Assembly: GCA_036172245.1 (NCBI GenBank)
Contig: JAYWIR010000054.1
Span: 682,001 to 746,000 of the forward strand
DNA length: 64,000 nucleotides
Direction of reading: 5' to 3'
DNA from: Raillietiella orientalis
Taxonomy: Eukaryota
The notes under the pieces were generated by a model, which was not told the origin of the DNA, did not search any database, and was given only the letters and a program-made list of their open reading frames with translations. Positions 49,001 through 60,297 of the stretch are shown in pieces. Numbering within the stretch: position 1 is the stretch's first letter; every line of letters starts with the position of its first letter. The translations under genes and the position numbers were made by a program.

Positions 49001-51149
49001 CGCCATGACGTGGCTGGACGAGAAGCACAAGGAGGTCTACCTGCGGATGCAGGGCAGCAGCAACACGGTGAGGGCACTCTTTGCAGCGCGGGCGCGGGCG
49101 GTACCGGAAGGGTGTCCGCACGGGTGGTCGCTGGGGCAGTGCGTCGGGGTGACCTCCGCGCTCTCCGTGCCCTGCTCGTCCGGACGAGGAACCGCCCCAG
49201 GTCGTCGCCTCCAAGCGACGCCCAGGCGCCCCGTCGGCACGTGCGTACGTAGGGAAGCGAAGTTGCGCGGACTGGGTGGCGCCGACCTCCGGAAGCGCTT
49301 GCTCGCCGCCTTCTCCGTGCGCCTTGCTCGGTCGCGCCGCCACGCATCCGCTAGTGGCCCGTGGCGGATAGCGGAGGCGCCGCAGCGACCCGCCGGCCAG
49401 CAGTTCTCTGGCGCGGAGCGGTGCCACTCTTTGCGCCTGCACGTTTACTCCCTGCCTCCGCGCGCACCTTCCTGTCCTTGGTCGGCGCCAACGTTTTCTT
49501 CTGCGGGCGACGGTCGGCTCGTCCCACAGGCGTGCGCCGCGGCTCGCTGCCGCTGCTGGCTGGCCTGCAGGGGTAACGAGCGCTTGTGCTACCCCCAGGC
49601 GTCGCCGGACCTGTACGGCGATCTGACATACGTGCTGACGAAGAAGAAGGAGCTCGGCTGCCGGTCGTTCGAGTGGTACCTGCACACCGTGATCCCGGAG
49701 ATGTACGTTCCCGGGGACGGCCTGGGAAACGGAGAGGTATGCGTTGCCGACGGCGTTGCTCGAGGCAGCTGATTGCAGATCCGCAGCCAGCACTTCAAGG
49801 ACCAGTGCTTGGATGCCCTTGAGAACCACAAGCGGAAGCCGGTGGGGCTATACTCTTGCCACGGCACGGGTGGACACCAGGTGAGCGTGCGTGCGCCGCG
49901 ACGCCTGCTGGTGGCCGACCACTCCTCGTGCGTCGGTGCGAGTCGTCGAGTAGGCACTGCGTAGCCGGCAATGCCACGCGCGGGAGCCAGAGCGACGCGT
50001 ATACGATCGCCAGGCGAAGGACAGAAAGGTTTTTCGCGTTGCCCGCGCACGCCCGGCTGCCGGGCGGTTCGCCAGCGCCGTTCGTTCGTGCCCCGGCGGT
50101 TGTGAGGTGAGCTAGAAGCGAGCGAGTGCTCGTCACGCCATCTCCCGACTACCCGTCACACCTCTCGAGCGAGTGGAAGTGCGCCAGCCTTTCCAGGACA
50201 CACGAGCGCCCGGACGCGCCAGCAGCCAGCTGCTTCGGACGTTGGCGCGGCGGCGTCGGGGCAACGCGTGGTCGGAAGATATGCAGTCGCCCGAGTCTGG
50301 GCCGCAGGAACGCTCGCGCGCAGCAGGAAGGTGGGAAGTGCGCGTTCGCACGGCGCGTGACGACGGCGGGCCAGGATGGCGTCGGCGCCAAGCGAGCAGG
50401 GCGACGGATGCTCTCTGGCCGGTGCGATCGGCGGATTCCTCTTGCAGTACTGGGACCTGACCTACCAGAATCAGGTGCGAAACACCGTAGGCTGCTTGGA
50501 CTACGACCAGGTGAATGCCCCGCAGCTGTACGGGTGCCACAACCAGGGCGGCAACCAGAACTGGACGTACGTGGTGCAGGTGAGAGGCTGCGTAGGAAGG
50601 TACGCGACTAGCACGCGCGCGCGCGCGCAGACTTCCCAGCTGCGCCACGAGAATAGCCAGAAGTGCCTAGGAGTGAGCAAGGAGCAGGAGCAGTACAAGC
50701 TGACCCTGGTCGCGTGCGAGCCGCCCAGCACTAGCACGCAGTGGAACGTCCAGAACCTGAATAAAACGCTGACTGTTCCATACGCTCGTAGCAGCGTGGC
50801 TTGCGATTCGCCACCACTTCTGGTGGTCGCCGTGGAAGCGCGGCGGTCGGGCTCGCAGGGAGCGCATGCGCGCATCACTCGGCCAGGCAGCCGGGAGCCA
50901 AGGGTTCTTCTCTCCGCGGGCCGCACCGGCGAATCGTCGCGCCAAGGGAGAGAAGGCCGTTCGGTCTTTCCCTTTGCACTTTCGGTCAGGCAAGTGACCG
51001 AGCTACCTCCGGCTCTTGGGGTGGCGTGGCTGCGTGGGACGACTTTCGGGTGGGGCGTGCCCGTTGCGACGTGCGTGGACCTGCGAGGAGCAGCCTGGAA
51101 CGACCTTGAGGCGTGCTTCCGAGAGCCGTCAGAAGAGGGCAGCGTGTAA
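43071..51149 (+). CDS. GALNT: Polypeptide N-acetylgalactosaminyltransferase (GT27, GALNT/pgant family), 10 coding exons, ~739 aa as modelled
   Basis: Manually spliced exons: 43071-43522, 46037-46215, 46382-46546, 46605-46753, 47431-47613, 48867-49067, 49599-49736, 49779-49880, 50448-50579, 50631-51149. All introns are GT-AG and all phases are consistent. Motifs seen: N-terminal TM anchor ([17 protein letters not shown]), [52 protein letters not shown] (DxH), [48 protein letters not shown], and three ricin-B repeats (CLD..CH..GGHQYW; CLD..CH..GGNQNW; CLG..C..QW). Paralogue number, start codon and C-terminus are uncertain. Confidence 0.93.
45266..45920. repeat. Degenerate (ACT/GCT)n trinucleotide low-complexity tract in GALNT intron 1
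   Basis: CTA/CTG triplet periodicity, giving poly-Leu, poly-Ser and Thr/Ala-rich ORFs. Confidence 0.9.
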
Positions 51150-52267
51150 CTTGTGAGAGGAACGGAGAGAGGGTGGAGCGCTCTGCAGCTCCGAGCAGGG
51201 GAGGCTGTGGGATCGATGGGAGGAGCGCGTCTGCGGACAAGTCGCTGGGCGGCATCCGAGGTGGCCGCTGGCGCAAGTGGAGTTTCCGTTGGCTGGCGGA
51301 GACCGGGTCGGCAAGGCATTCTGGAGGGTCACAGGTGGCGAGGAACTGATCGGCGGGAGGCAGAATGCCCGTGGCCATCTTTCCAAGTTTCTAGGGAAGG
51401 AGTTACCCTGGTTGGGAGGTGCTTTCGTGCTGGGAAAAGAAGCTTTTACCTGCGAGAGCGGATGACAGGTGGCTGCCTGGCCTCCTCTTTTGGATTCAGG
51501 AGAGGCCTTTTTTCGAGGAGCACCTTCATGAAGGGGGTGCTGGGAATCTGCTTCATGGCCTGTTCCTCAAGAGCCCCGTGAATCTTTTCCCGGATGCTCA
51601 TGGAAAAGAATTTTAAAGGCGGGTCAATGTTGGCGTATGGTGAGAGCGATCGCTGAGACTTTTCGACTTCCATGCTGTTCGAAAGAGGGAAGGAGAGATG
51701 CCATCTCTTCCAGACGATGGAATGCTCTGGTAAGCTCTTCCAGAGCGCTCCGGTTCTCAGTGCACTCTAGAGCAGTGCATCACTTCCCAGGTCGTTTCAC
51801 TGGAATGGAGAAGTAGGGCGTCATGTTCCTGGCTTCCCAATCGTCTTGGAAGTTTCTTACATTTCCCTGCAGCCGCGAAGCTAATCAGTAGTTCAGGGAT
51901 CCGTGAGAAGCTTTCTACGCTCTCACGCCAGGGCGTTTTCCAGAGAACGACTAAGTTGGAAACTCGGTTTCCAAGGGAATCACAAAAGGAGTTCAAGGGG
52001 AGGGTCCACCGACAGTCAGGTCGTCCACTCTAAAAGTCCAGAACGGGTGGGAGTGGACAATAAATAAATAAATAAAGATAGGACGGGATAATTCGGCCGT
52101 TCCCTTGTCCTAGAACCGGCTCTAGGTGCCGTAGATCCGTGTCCTGACTTGTTCTTCCAGGTGGGGTCACGTAGCGGCGGTCCTCATGTAGGCCGCTGCT
52201 GCTCGGGTGAGCCCTCCCTTCTCTGAGCCTGCCTCTCAAAGAGGTCTCCAAGAAGACCGCAGCCACC

Positions 52268-52435
52268 GCGTTGGCAGACATGTGGCTGCGGTCTCCGCTC
52301 GTGGGCGCACCAAGTGCTGTGGGTTCGAATCCCCTCCCAGGGTAGGACCGACACCGAGAATGGGGAGTGAGCCGTGGACTTTGAGCTTCCCCCGCATGAT
52401 GACGCCCGTTGGCCCGTAAGTTTCCGGTGCCACCC
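52268..52435 (+). mobile_element. tRNA-derived SINE-like unit, solo copy with no LINE end attached
   Basis: GTGGCTGCGGTCTCCGC…GTGGGTTCGAATCCC (canonical B box at ~52322-52332) plus the shared body ATGACGCCCGTTGGCCC. Confidence 0.75.
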
Positions 52436-54229
52436 TAGAGGAAGCGTCATCGTGGTGAAGCCAGGCTGCTCCTCCATGGTTCGCGAGGAACGCCGCGGTC
52501 CAGAAGCGAGTGTTGAAGAAGGTTCGATCGCCTCGCACCTGGAAACAGTTCGGGGAAGCAGCTTCCCCGGAAACGAGGTTCCAACACTGATTGCACCGGA
52601 ATCAGAGCGAGATGAAGGTAGAATGGAACACTGCTGAGCAGCTTAGCAACCAGTTTTCTGCTCCTTCTCGGATGAATGCGAATGGTTGTTTGGATCATCA
52701 TGAGTAATTTTGAATAAATGGTTTCTTCCTACCAGAGAAAACTGGTCGGGAAGGCCGACCAGCTGCCTTTGTGCGATTGCTGTGAATAGTGCCTTTGAAT
52801 AAATAGTGCCTTTGGTGAGAGGAAAACTGTACTTTCCAAGAAATAGTGCAACGATCGGTACAAAAGAGCCACATGTCCATGGGTGAATTCCCGCGCATCT
52901 CAAGAACACCTGCTTTGCTTGTTCAATTGATACCCCAGTGGATACGTTTGATGGTTTCAGAGTCTTCGCCTGAGGCTTTGGGGAAGTTTGCTGAGCTGCC
53001 AACGACAGCCCTGAAGACCCTTGTCTTCAGGGCGTCTGCGTGGTGGACAGGCAGGGCATTTTAGTTACATTTTTCTCCTGTCAGGACGTTGAAGGGCCGC
53101 AAAGGGGTTGGTTCCTCTCTGAACTCGTCATTTCGGACCACCATCAGGAAGATACGTTTCGTCTGCAAAGCATCTTTTGTACTTCCTGTCGAATAACAAC
53201 GCATGCAGCTTCTTTGAGTTTCACAGTATCGATGGAAGGTCATCACGAAGTTCGGTTCACTCCAGTGACCGTGAGCCACTCTTATCGCGCATTACTGTGT
53301 CGTTATTGACTCATTGTTTCATCGTAACCGCGAGATAAGGTGCTCACTGCTGTTGATAGGGTGCTGCCAACTGCTTGTTGTTTGGTGTATTATGGGTCGT
53401 CGTGCACTTGGAGTGAAACGGAAGGCAAAGGAAATGAGCGGTTTCCTTTGGTCAGGGAAGCCCAGCTTTCATTGTCCACTCGGGGCTATTGGTGGAACTC
53501 GCAGCTGCTTGCGCGGAAGAGTCTTCATGATCATCCATCAGCAAGCAGGCGGCCATGAAGACAAACACGGGCTGGTGTTACATGAAGAGTCGTATGTTTC
53601 AGCTTCGTCTCGCTAGGGTCCTGGCTGGCGTCCCAACCCGAGAGCGACCGAGAGGGCACCGTCCGCTCCCCCTCCCCTCCCATGCGTTCTCCATTCACCA
53701 TCCCCTGGGTCACCGCTAGGAGTCGATCCTTACTTCATCTTGCCTCCTCCAGATCCTCATCAGGAACAGATCGCGCGCCCTCTGCCGCTGCTCTCCCGCC
53801 GCGGCGGAGCACCGGATCTGGCAGCATCAGCCCTGGGTCTGCTCCGGGAGTGCGCTGGTCAGAGACTGCGAACCCTCATTCTTCTTGCGTGGCCTCCTCC
53901 GTCCGGGCTGCCGGACATCCCCCTCGACGAGTCGTCTTCCCTCGTTCCCGATGCGATGAGTGGGGGTGTGGCGGAGGGGCCACTTCCTCAAGCACCACCT
54001 GCGCGTGCGGTGAGTGGCTTCCCTGGGGGGTGCCTCACGCGCTAGCATCCCACTGAGCCGCGCCGCGCGAACCAACCAGTGATGAGGAAGAGCCTGGGAC
54101 TGTTTTCCTTTTCCGCCGCCGAAGGAAAAGTTCCCGGAAGCGCTATGCTGTCTCTCTGAGGAAGTGACTTTCGGTTCCGGTGCTCCTAAAGTATTGGAGA
54201 CGGGAGTTTTCGCTCTTTCTTCTGGGGAC

Positions 54230-54775
54230 CCAGGATGGCGATATCCTGAAAGACCTGGAAGGCCGCAGAACGTAGCACTGTTCCACGGCCACTCGAGGGT
54301 GCGTGTTAACTCTTCAAGTTAGGGAGTACCCCGGGAGGGGAACTAACCCATGAATACAGGAAGGGCTCTCGAGAAAGGTGTCTGTTCTTCTCACGCTTGG
54401 GAGGGAACCTCGAAGAGAACTTCCCATCCTGGTTGTCACCAAAGGGAACCACTGCCTTATTATCTCCGGAGGGACCCCCCTGAAAAGATCATCTCCCTGT
54501 TTCCTCCTTGGAAGACGATCACGAAGGGACTCTCCCCAATTTCTCTGGAAGTCGCTCCCCGAAGGGAGCAGAGCACACTTCTTGACACTCTGGAGAGCTA
54601 TCAACCCACCGACCCCATGGTGCGAGATAGAGGATGCAACCCCCGGTGGGAGAGGAAACGACTTTATTTGTACAAAATTAGGGAACCACCCAAAGAGCTC
54701 CTCGATTTCCGAAAGGACCCCGGACGGTCAACTTTCAGTCCCGGCCAGTCAACCGGGGCAACCAGTTTCCGCCTT
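54230..54775 (+). mobile_element. Family B 3' block
   Basis: CTCTTCAAGTTAGGG…CCCATGAATACAGGAAGG…CCGGCCAGTCAACCGGGGCAACCAGTTTCCG. Confidence 0.78.
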
Positions 54776-54802
54776 CCACCAGTGGCACTATTGGTGCACC
54801 AC

Positions 54803-55043
54803 CAACAGACAGTGATCCCTTCCCAAACTCCCTCCATTTTTTCTACTGTATGTTTTTGTTTAATTTTTTTTTCTCTTTGTTTGTCTCCCCTTCCCCTGTG
54901 CTGCCGAGGCGAACCCCACTGGCCTGCGTGTCAGCTCCCGGCAGGTTCCTCCTCGTTGTTACAAGTAACGTGGCGGGATCAAACGTCCTGCCACAGTGTT
55001 GTTGGTTTATTTTATAAATAAACGTCCCGGTGTGGTCGGGTGT
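54803..55043 (+). mobile_element. Family A 3' UTR-only insertion
   Basis: Starts near CAGTGATCCCT (compare the ORF2 stop context GTGATCCCT at 10816). It has the full structured UTR and ends AATAAACGTCCCGGTGTGGTCGGGTG. Confidence 0.85.
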
Positions 55044-55205
55044 CAACCAGTGTCGCTCCCGAAGCCCGTGAGCCAACCAACGTCATCTTACGGGGGAACT
55101 CGAAACCCAAGACGCACCCATTTTTCTAGCTTCGATCCTTTACGAAACCGCGACGCCTGGTGGTGACATGCTCGGAGACCACAGCCACGCGGCCGCCAAT
55201 ATGGG
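55044..55205 (-). mobile_element. tRNA-derived SINE-like unit
   Basis: Minus-strand GCGTGGCTGTGGTCTCCG…CACCACCAGGCGTCGCGGTTTCG plus the shared body. Confidence 0.7.
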
Positions 55206-55555
55206 TGAGCCCGGCAGTATGACGGTGGGCAACAAAGGTGAGGCATCTGCCGGACTGACCTCACTCTAAATGACCGAGCACAGAAGTGTGCCGAAGTCCA
55301 ATTTTGGCGCCTCACAAACGCCGATGACCAGCGCAAATGAGTGGGAACCCGGAAATCCCAGAATGAAGAGAAAAAATAGAAAACCATAAAAGCATCCGGG
55401 TCTACAGAGTCTTCACCATGTTGTGTATGTATTGTTAAATGCATTTCTTGAAGTCGAAGTTTGTGGAATCGCTTCATCCCATTTGGGGCACCCACTTCCC
55501 TTAGTCGGTAGTAGGTCTTCTTGATCGTCGATATTCTGCGCAATTCTGCTAGGTT

Positions 55556-56040
55556 GTCTGGGAACGCTTCTCTGCGGACCTCCCACTCCCGATGGGCAAC
55601 GGCAAGGAGGTCTGGAGCGTATCTTCGCGCGCTACTCGGCGTCTCCTGCAGCTTCCCTTGCAGCCCCTGTGCTGCCTTTGCGGGATGGTGGCGGCGAGGA
55701 GCCTTGACGAAAGGGTCAGTCGAACGATGAGGTCATCGGAACCGCCTGATTTTTCATTGAAAGGCGACAAGATGGCCACATCTCTGCCAACAAAAGGAGG
55801 AAGTTGCCAACATCCTCCAGAGGATGCCGAGGACGCCAGCAAGCAGTCTGCGATCTCCCCAACATTTTTTTTAAATTGAACTCTTGTGTTTCTTTTTCTG
55901 TCTGTGTTTACTCCTTCCCCCACTCCTCCTGTGCGGACCTCACGAGAAGCAGCGCCTCCCTTGCAGTTCCTACCCTTCTTAGTGGTGCTGTGAAACCAAC
56001 ACGAAGGAATACACTTGGATACCAAAGAAGACTGTTTTTT
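55556..56040 (+). mobile_element. LINE 3' fragment, close relative of the ~4050-4430 segment (inverted)
   Basis: ORF 55592..55879 is nearly identical to ORF 4111..4449. Confidence 0.85.
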
Positions 56041-56414
56041 TTGTAAAAATTCTTTCACAACAAATGCCCCTCCGGAGTGGAAGGTTGAAAACGAACCGTC
56101 CAATGCCTCTCTTTTTTTTTTTGGATTTTCAAGTAGAACAGTCAAGTCTTGGATCCTGGAGGTTCCTGATCATGACGCTGTGGTACTCTTTCCTTTCTTT
56201 CCCTCGTCACGACTTCAGAAAACCAGGAATCCTTCGTAGCTCCAGAAAGGCAGAAGGAGTTTTCGCCAGGTTTCCGCATGCTCCTAATGCGGGAGCGGTC
56301 GAGATCCAAAGTCCTTGAAGGGCACGGCGGCTTTGAGGATTTCGAAAAGAAGAAAAGAAAGCTATCTATTTCGAAAGCCAGCGGCTATGTCCTCAGCTCG
56401 AGTTCTGGGCATTC

Positions 56415-56565
56415 GTGCCAGAGTTGATGACGGTGTGGCTGTGGTCTCCGCACGTCGAGGGTTCGAATCCTCCCGTAAAGGATGGACTCCGAGAAATGGG
56501 GTGCGTCGTGGGTTTCAAGTTCTTCCTCAAGATGGCACTGGTTGGCCCATTCGAGTGCAGCACTC
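56415..56565 (+). mobile_element. tRNA-derived SINE-like unit
   Basis: GTGTGGCTGTGGTCTCCGC…GGTTCGAATCC (~56460-56470) plus the shared body. Confidence 0.75.
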
Positions 56566-56569
56566 ATGA

Positions 56570-57090
56570 AAACCGGAAACCGGATGCCCCCGTTGACCAG
56601 CCGGGATTCGAAGTTGAGCTTCCAAGGTCCTTCCAGGAATCAAGGAGTTTCGGAGTTCCCCCTGGGTTGCGGAAATGGATCGTCCATCCAGTACCATGGA
56701 GCTGATATATCCCCTCTCCTCCCCTCCCCCGGTGTCTGCCTCTCCAGAGTATGAGAGGCGCCTTTCAGAGAAACTGGGAAGCGTCCCTCGGTGTTCTCTT
56801 CAGAGGAGGAATGAGGAGAGGTTCCCTTGCTGGAAGTTCCGGAAACGTCTTCTTCCGGCTGGTCCCTTCGGAGAGAATGAGGAAGAGTTCCCCTCCGGAG
56901 TTCCCTCCCAAGAGTCAGAGGCACGGACTCCTTCCTCCGGAGCCCTTCCTGGATCCATAGATTGGTCCCTAAGGGGTTACCCCCTGCAGCTTGATGTGTC
57001 ACGCGCGCCCTCAGATGGTGTGGACAGCGTTCAGGAGCTTCGCGAGTCCTGTAAGGAGGCGAACGATTCTTCAGCACTTGGCGAATCAAA
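56570..57090 (-). mobile_element. Family B 3' block
   Basis: The same block on the minus strand, ending GGGGGCATCCGGTTTCCGG next to a tRNA-like unit. Confidence 0.78.
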
Positions 57091-58269
57091 GAAAAGGACA
57101 ACCCGCAAAAAAAATAAAATAAAAAATGGAAGGAAAGCAGCAAAAACGGGAAAATCCAGAATGAATTTCAATTCTCGGGACATCCATTTAAATTCAACCA
57201 GCCGTAGTCAGGAGCAATTCTGCGGTTCGCTCCCTGATGAAGTTTTGCACACTCGCGAAGAACGTGACTGTTTGGCTCCTCATGAAGCTTCGTTCCCAAG
57301 GAGATCAGTATGTTGACAGAGGAGCCACAGGGACTCTGGAGCGGTGTTATTTGCCAGGGACTTTTTCTCTCGGTTTTCATTCAGGAGTAAGCGTGTTGAT
57401 TTATTGCTCGTTTGCGCGTTCTAGAATTCATTTCGTCTTCCTGCGTTGGCTTGAAGTCCGCACAGGGAGAGACCCCATTTGTTTGCTTCTCGGTTTCGAA
57501 TACCCGGAGGCTCTTCTCAATTTCCTTCGAACGGAGCGGAGTCTGAACCAAAAAGCAAACAAATGGGACCACTCCCTGTGGGGACTTCAAGCAAGCACAG
57601 GAGAACGAAATGAATTCCAGAAGATGCGAAACCTGGAGGGGTGAAGGTGGCAGTCTATCTGCAAGGGACCAAATGATCCCGGGCCGCTCCTTGGTTCCCT
57701 CCACCTATCGGGGCAACTGAGACAGAAAACTGAAAGGGAAGCAAAGAAACAAATGGTCCAAGAGGTGACGTTGAGACGAACATCGAGGGAATTTCGATGC
57801 CCCGGATTTCTCTGGATGTTTCCAGGACGGATCCCTTCCAACCAGGCAGGGACGAAGGCAAGCCGCGAAGTAAGCGGTTTCGCATGCCGATGTTTTCTCT
57901 GCACCTGCGGGAAATGTCGCAGGAATCGCATCCGACATCACTTGATCATCTGCTTCAGCAAAAGAAAGCTGACACGATATGTGCCCTTTATCGAACATCT
58001 GCATTGCGTGTTCCGGAAGTTGGATTTTCGTTGCAAGGAGGGGCGCTTAGAATGCAGCGGCGTCTAAAAGTTTCCACGAGTCCTTCTGGAAAGTTCGAGC
58101 GAGGTCCGAGTCCGCAGAGAGAGAACATTCCGCTGGCAGGCGGTCAGCAACACGATCACCTGCCGTAGGATGAAACCGGAAGCCACGTCAAGGAACAGGC
58201 AACGTGGATGCGCCTTCGGGATGCACCACGACGAGAAAATTCCAGTCTGATCGAAACCCTGGTTGTCGA

Positions 58270-58730
58270 TGCTGCTCCTCGTCACCCGAGGGTGCGTGCT
58301 GGCTCTTCAAGTTAGGGGGTAACTCCAGAGGACCACCCCATGAATCCAGAAAGATTCCAGAGGAAGGAGTTCTTTCCACTGATGCTTGGAGGGAACCCCG
58401 AAGAAAACCTTTTCCTTATTCTCTCCAGAGGCTTCCTCCGGAAAGAATCCGCTCCCAGAATTTCTTCCCCGGAGGGAACTCTCAAGGGAACCGCTCCTCG
58501 TTTCTTTCTCTGGAGAGAACCACGAAGGGACGCTGCCAAAGTTCTGTAAAGGGCGCTCACCGAAGAGAGCAGTGCACTTCTTGGAACCCTGGGGAGGTGT
58601 CAACCAGTTCCCTGGTAGGCGAATGGCTCCCTTTGCACAATGACGGGGAACCCCGAAGAAACCGACTCCTTGATTCCTGGAAGGATCCCGGAGAGTCGAC
58701 TTCCGATCTCTGCCAGTCAACGGGGAGGAT
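58270..58730 (+). mobile_element. Family B 3' block
   Basis: CTCTTCAAGTTAGGGG…CTCCTTGATTCCTGGAAGGATCCCGGAG…GCCAGTCAACGGGG. Confidence 0.78.
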
Positions 58731-58829
58731 TCAAGAGCCAAGCGCAGAACAGGTGCAATATTTACTGTACGCGTGCAACCACAACTGCACGAAGATTCTG
58801 GAATATCTCATGAAGAGTGAGTAAGCAAG

Positions 58830-59787
58830 CAGAACCTTTCTCACCGTCGCACTACCCTCCCTTAGGAAACACATGGACAGCAGCCTTACGACTAGATGGG
58901 AGGTCGCTGTGGAAATCTCCGAAAGGAGGAAGGGACCGAGCGAGTGGACGACGGGCCAGCTCACCGACACTGCGATCCCGATTGCTCGACCTCATGAACT
59001 TTTGCGCTGGGACGTGCTATTGGGTATTCCAGAGGAAGAACTGCAGTGGCCCCCGGCGCTCATGAACACCCGCCCCCTCCTCTTAAAGTGGCAGGAGTCG
59101 GCATTGATGCTGCTAGACTGGGGTCCCCCGTGCAATGCCCGCCGGCATCATTAAACACGGGAGTGGGGTGGGGTGTGTGTGGACCCGAACTGTGCAAGGT
59201 GCGCGGAGCGCGAATCCCTCCAGCACCTCCTAGCTGACTGTTCTGCCCTCCGACCCCTTTGAGTACGCTTTGCCGCGACCCTTGGAGCCCTAGGGGCAAG
59301 GCCAGAGACATTTTAAAGCGCCTCTTCCTGCGCGATACCTTCATGCCGACCGCATGCCCAGGAGCACTTTGCTGCCCGCGCGGCGGGACCGTGGCTGCAT
59401 GGAGCAACGCCAGGGGAGTACAGAACGACAGAGACGCTATCTATTTTGCTGTCTTCTTCATGAGGATTACGTCAAGATCTGGCCCCATCTTGGAACCACA
59501 AAACAGGAACTTGCGGACTTCCTTACAAGAATGAAGAGGACGCCCTCTAGCACACAGAGATCCCTTCTCAGACCCCCCTTTTTTTTGACTGTATGTTTTT
59601 TGTTTTATTTTTTTTTCTTTTTGTCTGTCTCCCCTTCCCATGTGCTGCCGAAACGAACCCTCTGGCCTGCGTGCCGGATCCCGGCAGGTTCCTTTTCGTA
59701 TCCATAATTAACGTGGTAGGATGAAAGGTCCTGCGACAGATGTGTGTGTTAATTTTTTTATAAATAAACTCCCTGGAGTGACCGGGT
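58830..59787 (+). mobile_element. Family A LINE 3' fragment
   Basis: ORF 58873..59154 reads RWEV..WTTGQLTD..LLRWDVLLGIPEEELQWPP..WQESALMLLDWGPPCNARRHH. The structured UTR and terminal motif (~59763-59787) follow. Confidence 0.88.
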
Positions 59788-59975
59788 GTCAATCAGTGCC
59801 CCCGATGAGTACAGACGGACCAGCATCGTCCTGTGTGTTTGTGTGTGTGTGGGATTGGGACTGGAAACCCACGACACAGCTATTGCTAGGCGTGCATCCT
59901 TTCCCGGGAGGGATTCGAACTCGCTACTCTGGGTACAACGCACGGAGACGGCAGCCACGCTACTACCAACGATGG
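59788..59975 (-). mobile_element. tRNA-derived SINE-like unit with an internal (TG)n expansion
   Basis: Minus-strand TGGTAGTAGCGTGGCTGCCGTCTCCG…GAGTTCGAATCCC. Confidence 0.72.
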
Positions 59976-60297
59976 CCACAATTCTCTCTTCCTCTCAGGA
60001 ACGTAGCGCCAGTCCTTACGGTCACCAGGGTGGACCGCTAGGATCCCAATTTTCCAAGGGCGACGGCGTTCTGAAAGAGACGAAAGATTTCATAACGCAC
60101 ACGAACCACCTCGGGCAAGATGATGGTGTGTTGCAACGCCCAGTGAAGTCGGGACATTTACTGGACCGTCCAAAGGAGGAAGTATTTGTCTCGACATCAG
60201 GAACTATTCGTGACATTTCCATTGCCTGCGTTGCAATTCTCCTCCCGGCAGAACGACACTAGTTGGCCCACAGGCCTCGGGTGTGACGCTGGTGGTG

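Noticed and set aside
47858..49252. 464-aa ORF (and its 316-aa inverted twin at 25035..25985) as a nested gene
   Set aside because: It lies in GC-rich, stop-poor GALNT intron 5, overlaps exon 6 out of frame, and has no recognisable domain. Identity between the twins reflects recent duplication, not selection.
4050..55950. ~4050-4430 and ~55560-55950 as terminal inverted repeats of a giant element
   Set aside because: Both are ORF2 3' fragments of one LINE subfamily, with ragged ends and no TSD.
56415..56480. Functional tRNA genes at the GGTTCGAATCC sites
   Set aside because: No consistent cloverleaf or acceptor stem could be folded. The copies are mutually diverged and share a non-tRNA body, which fits a SINE.
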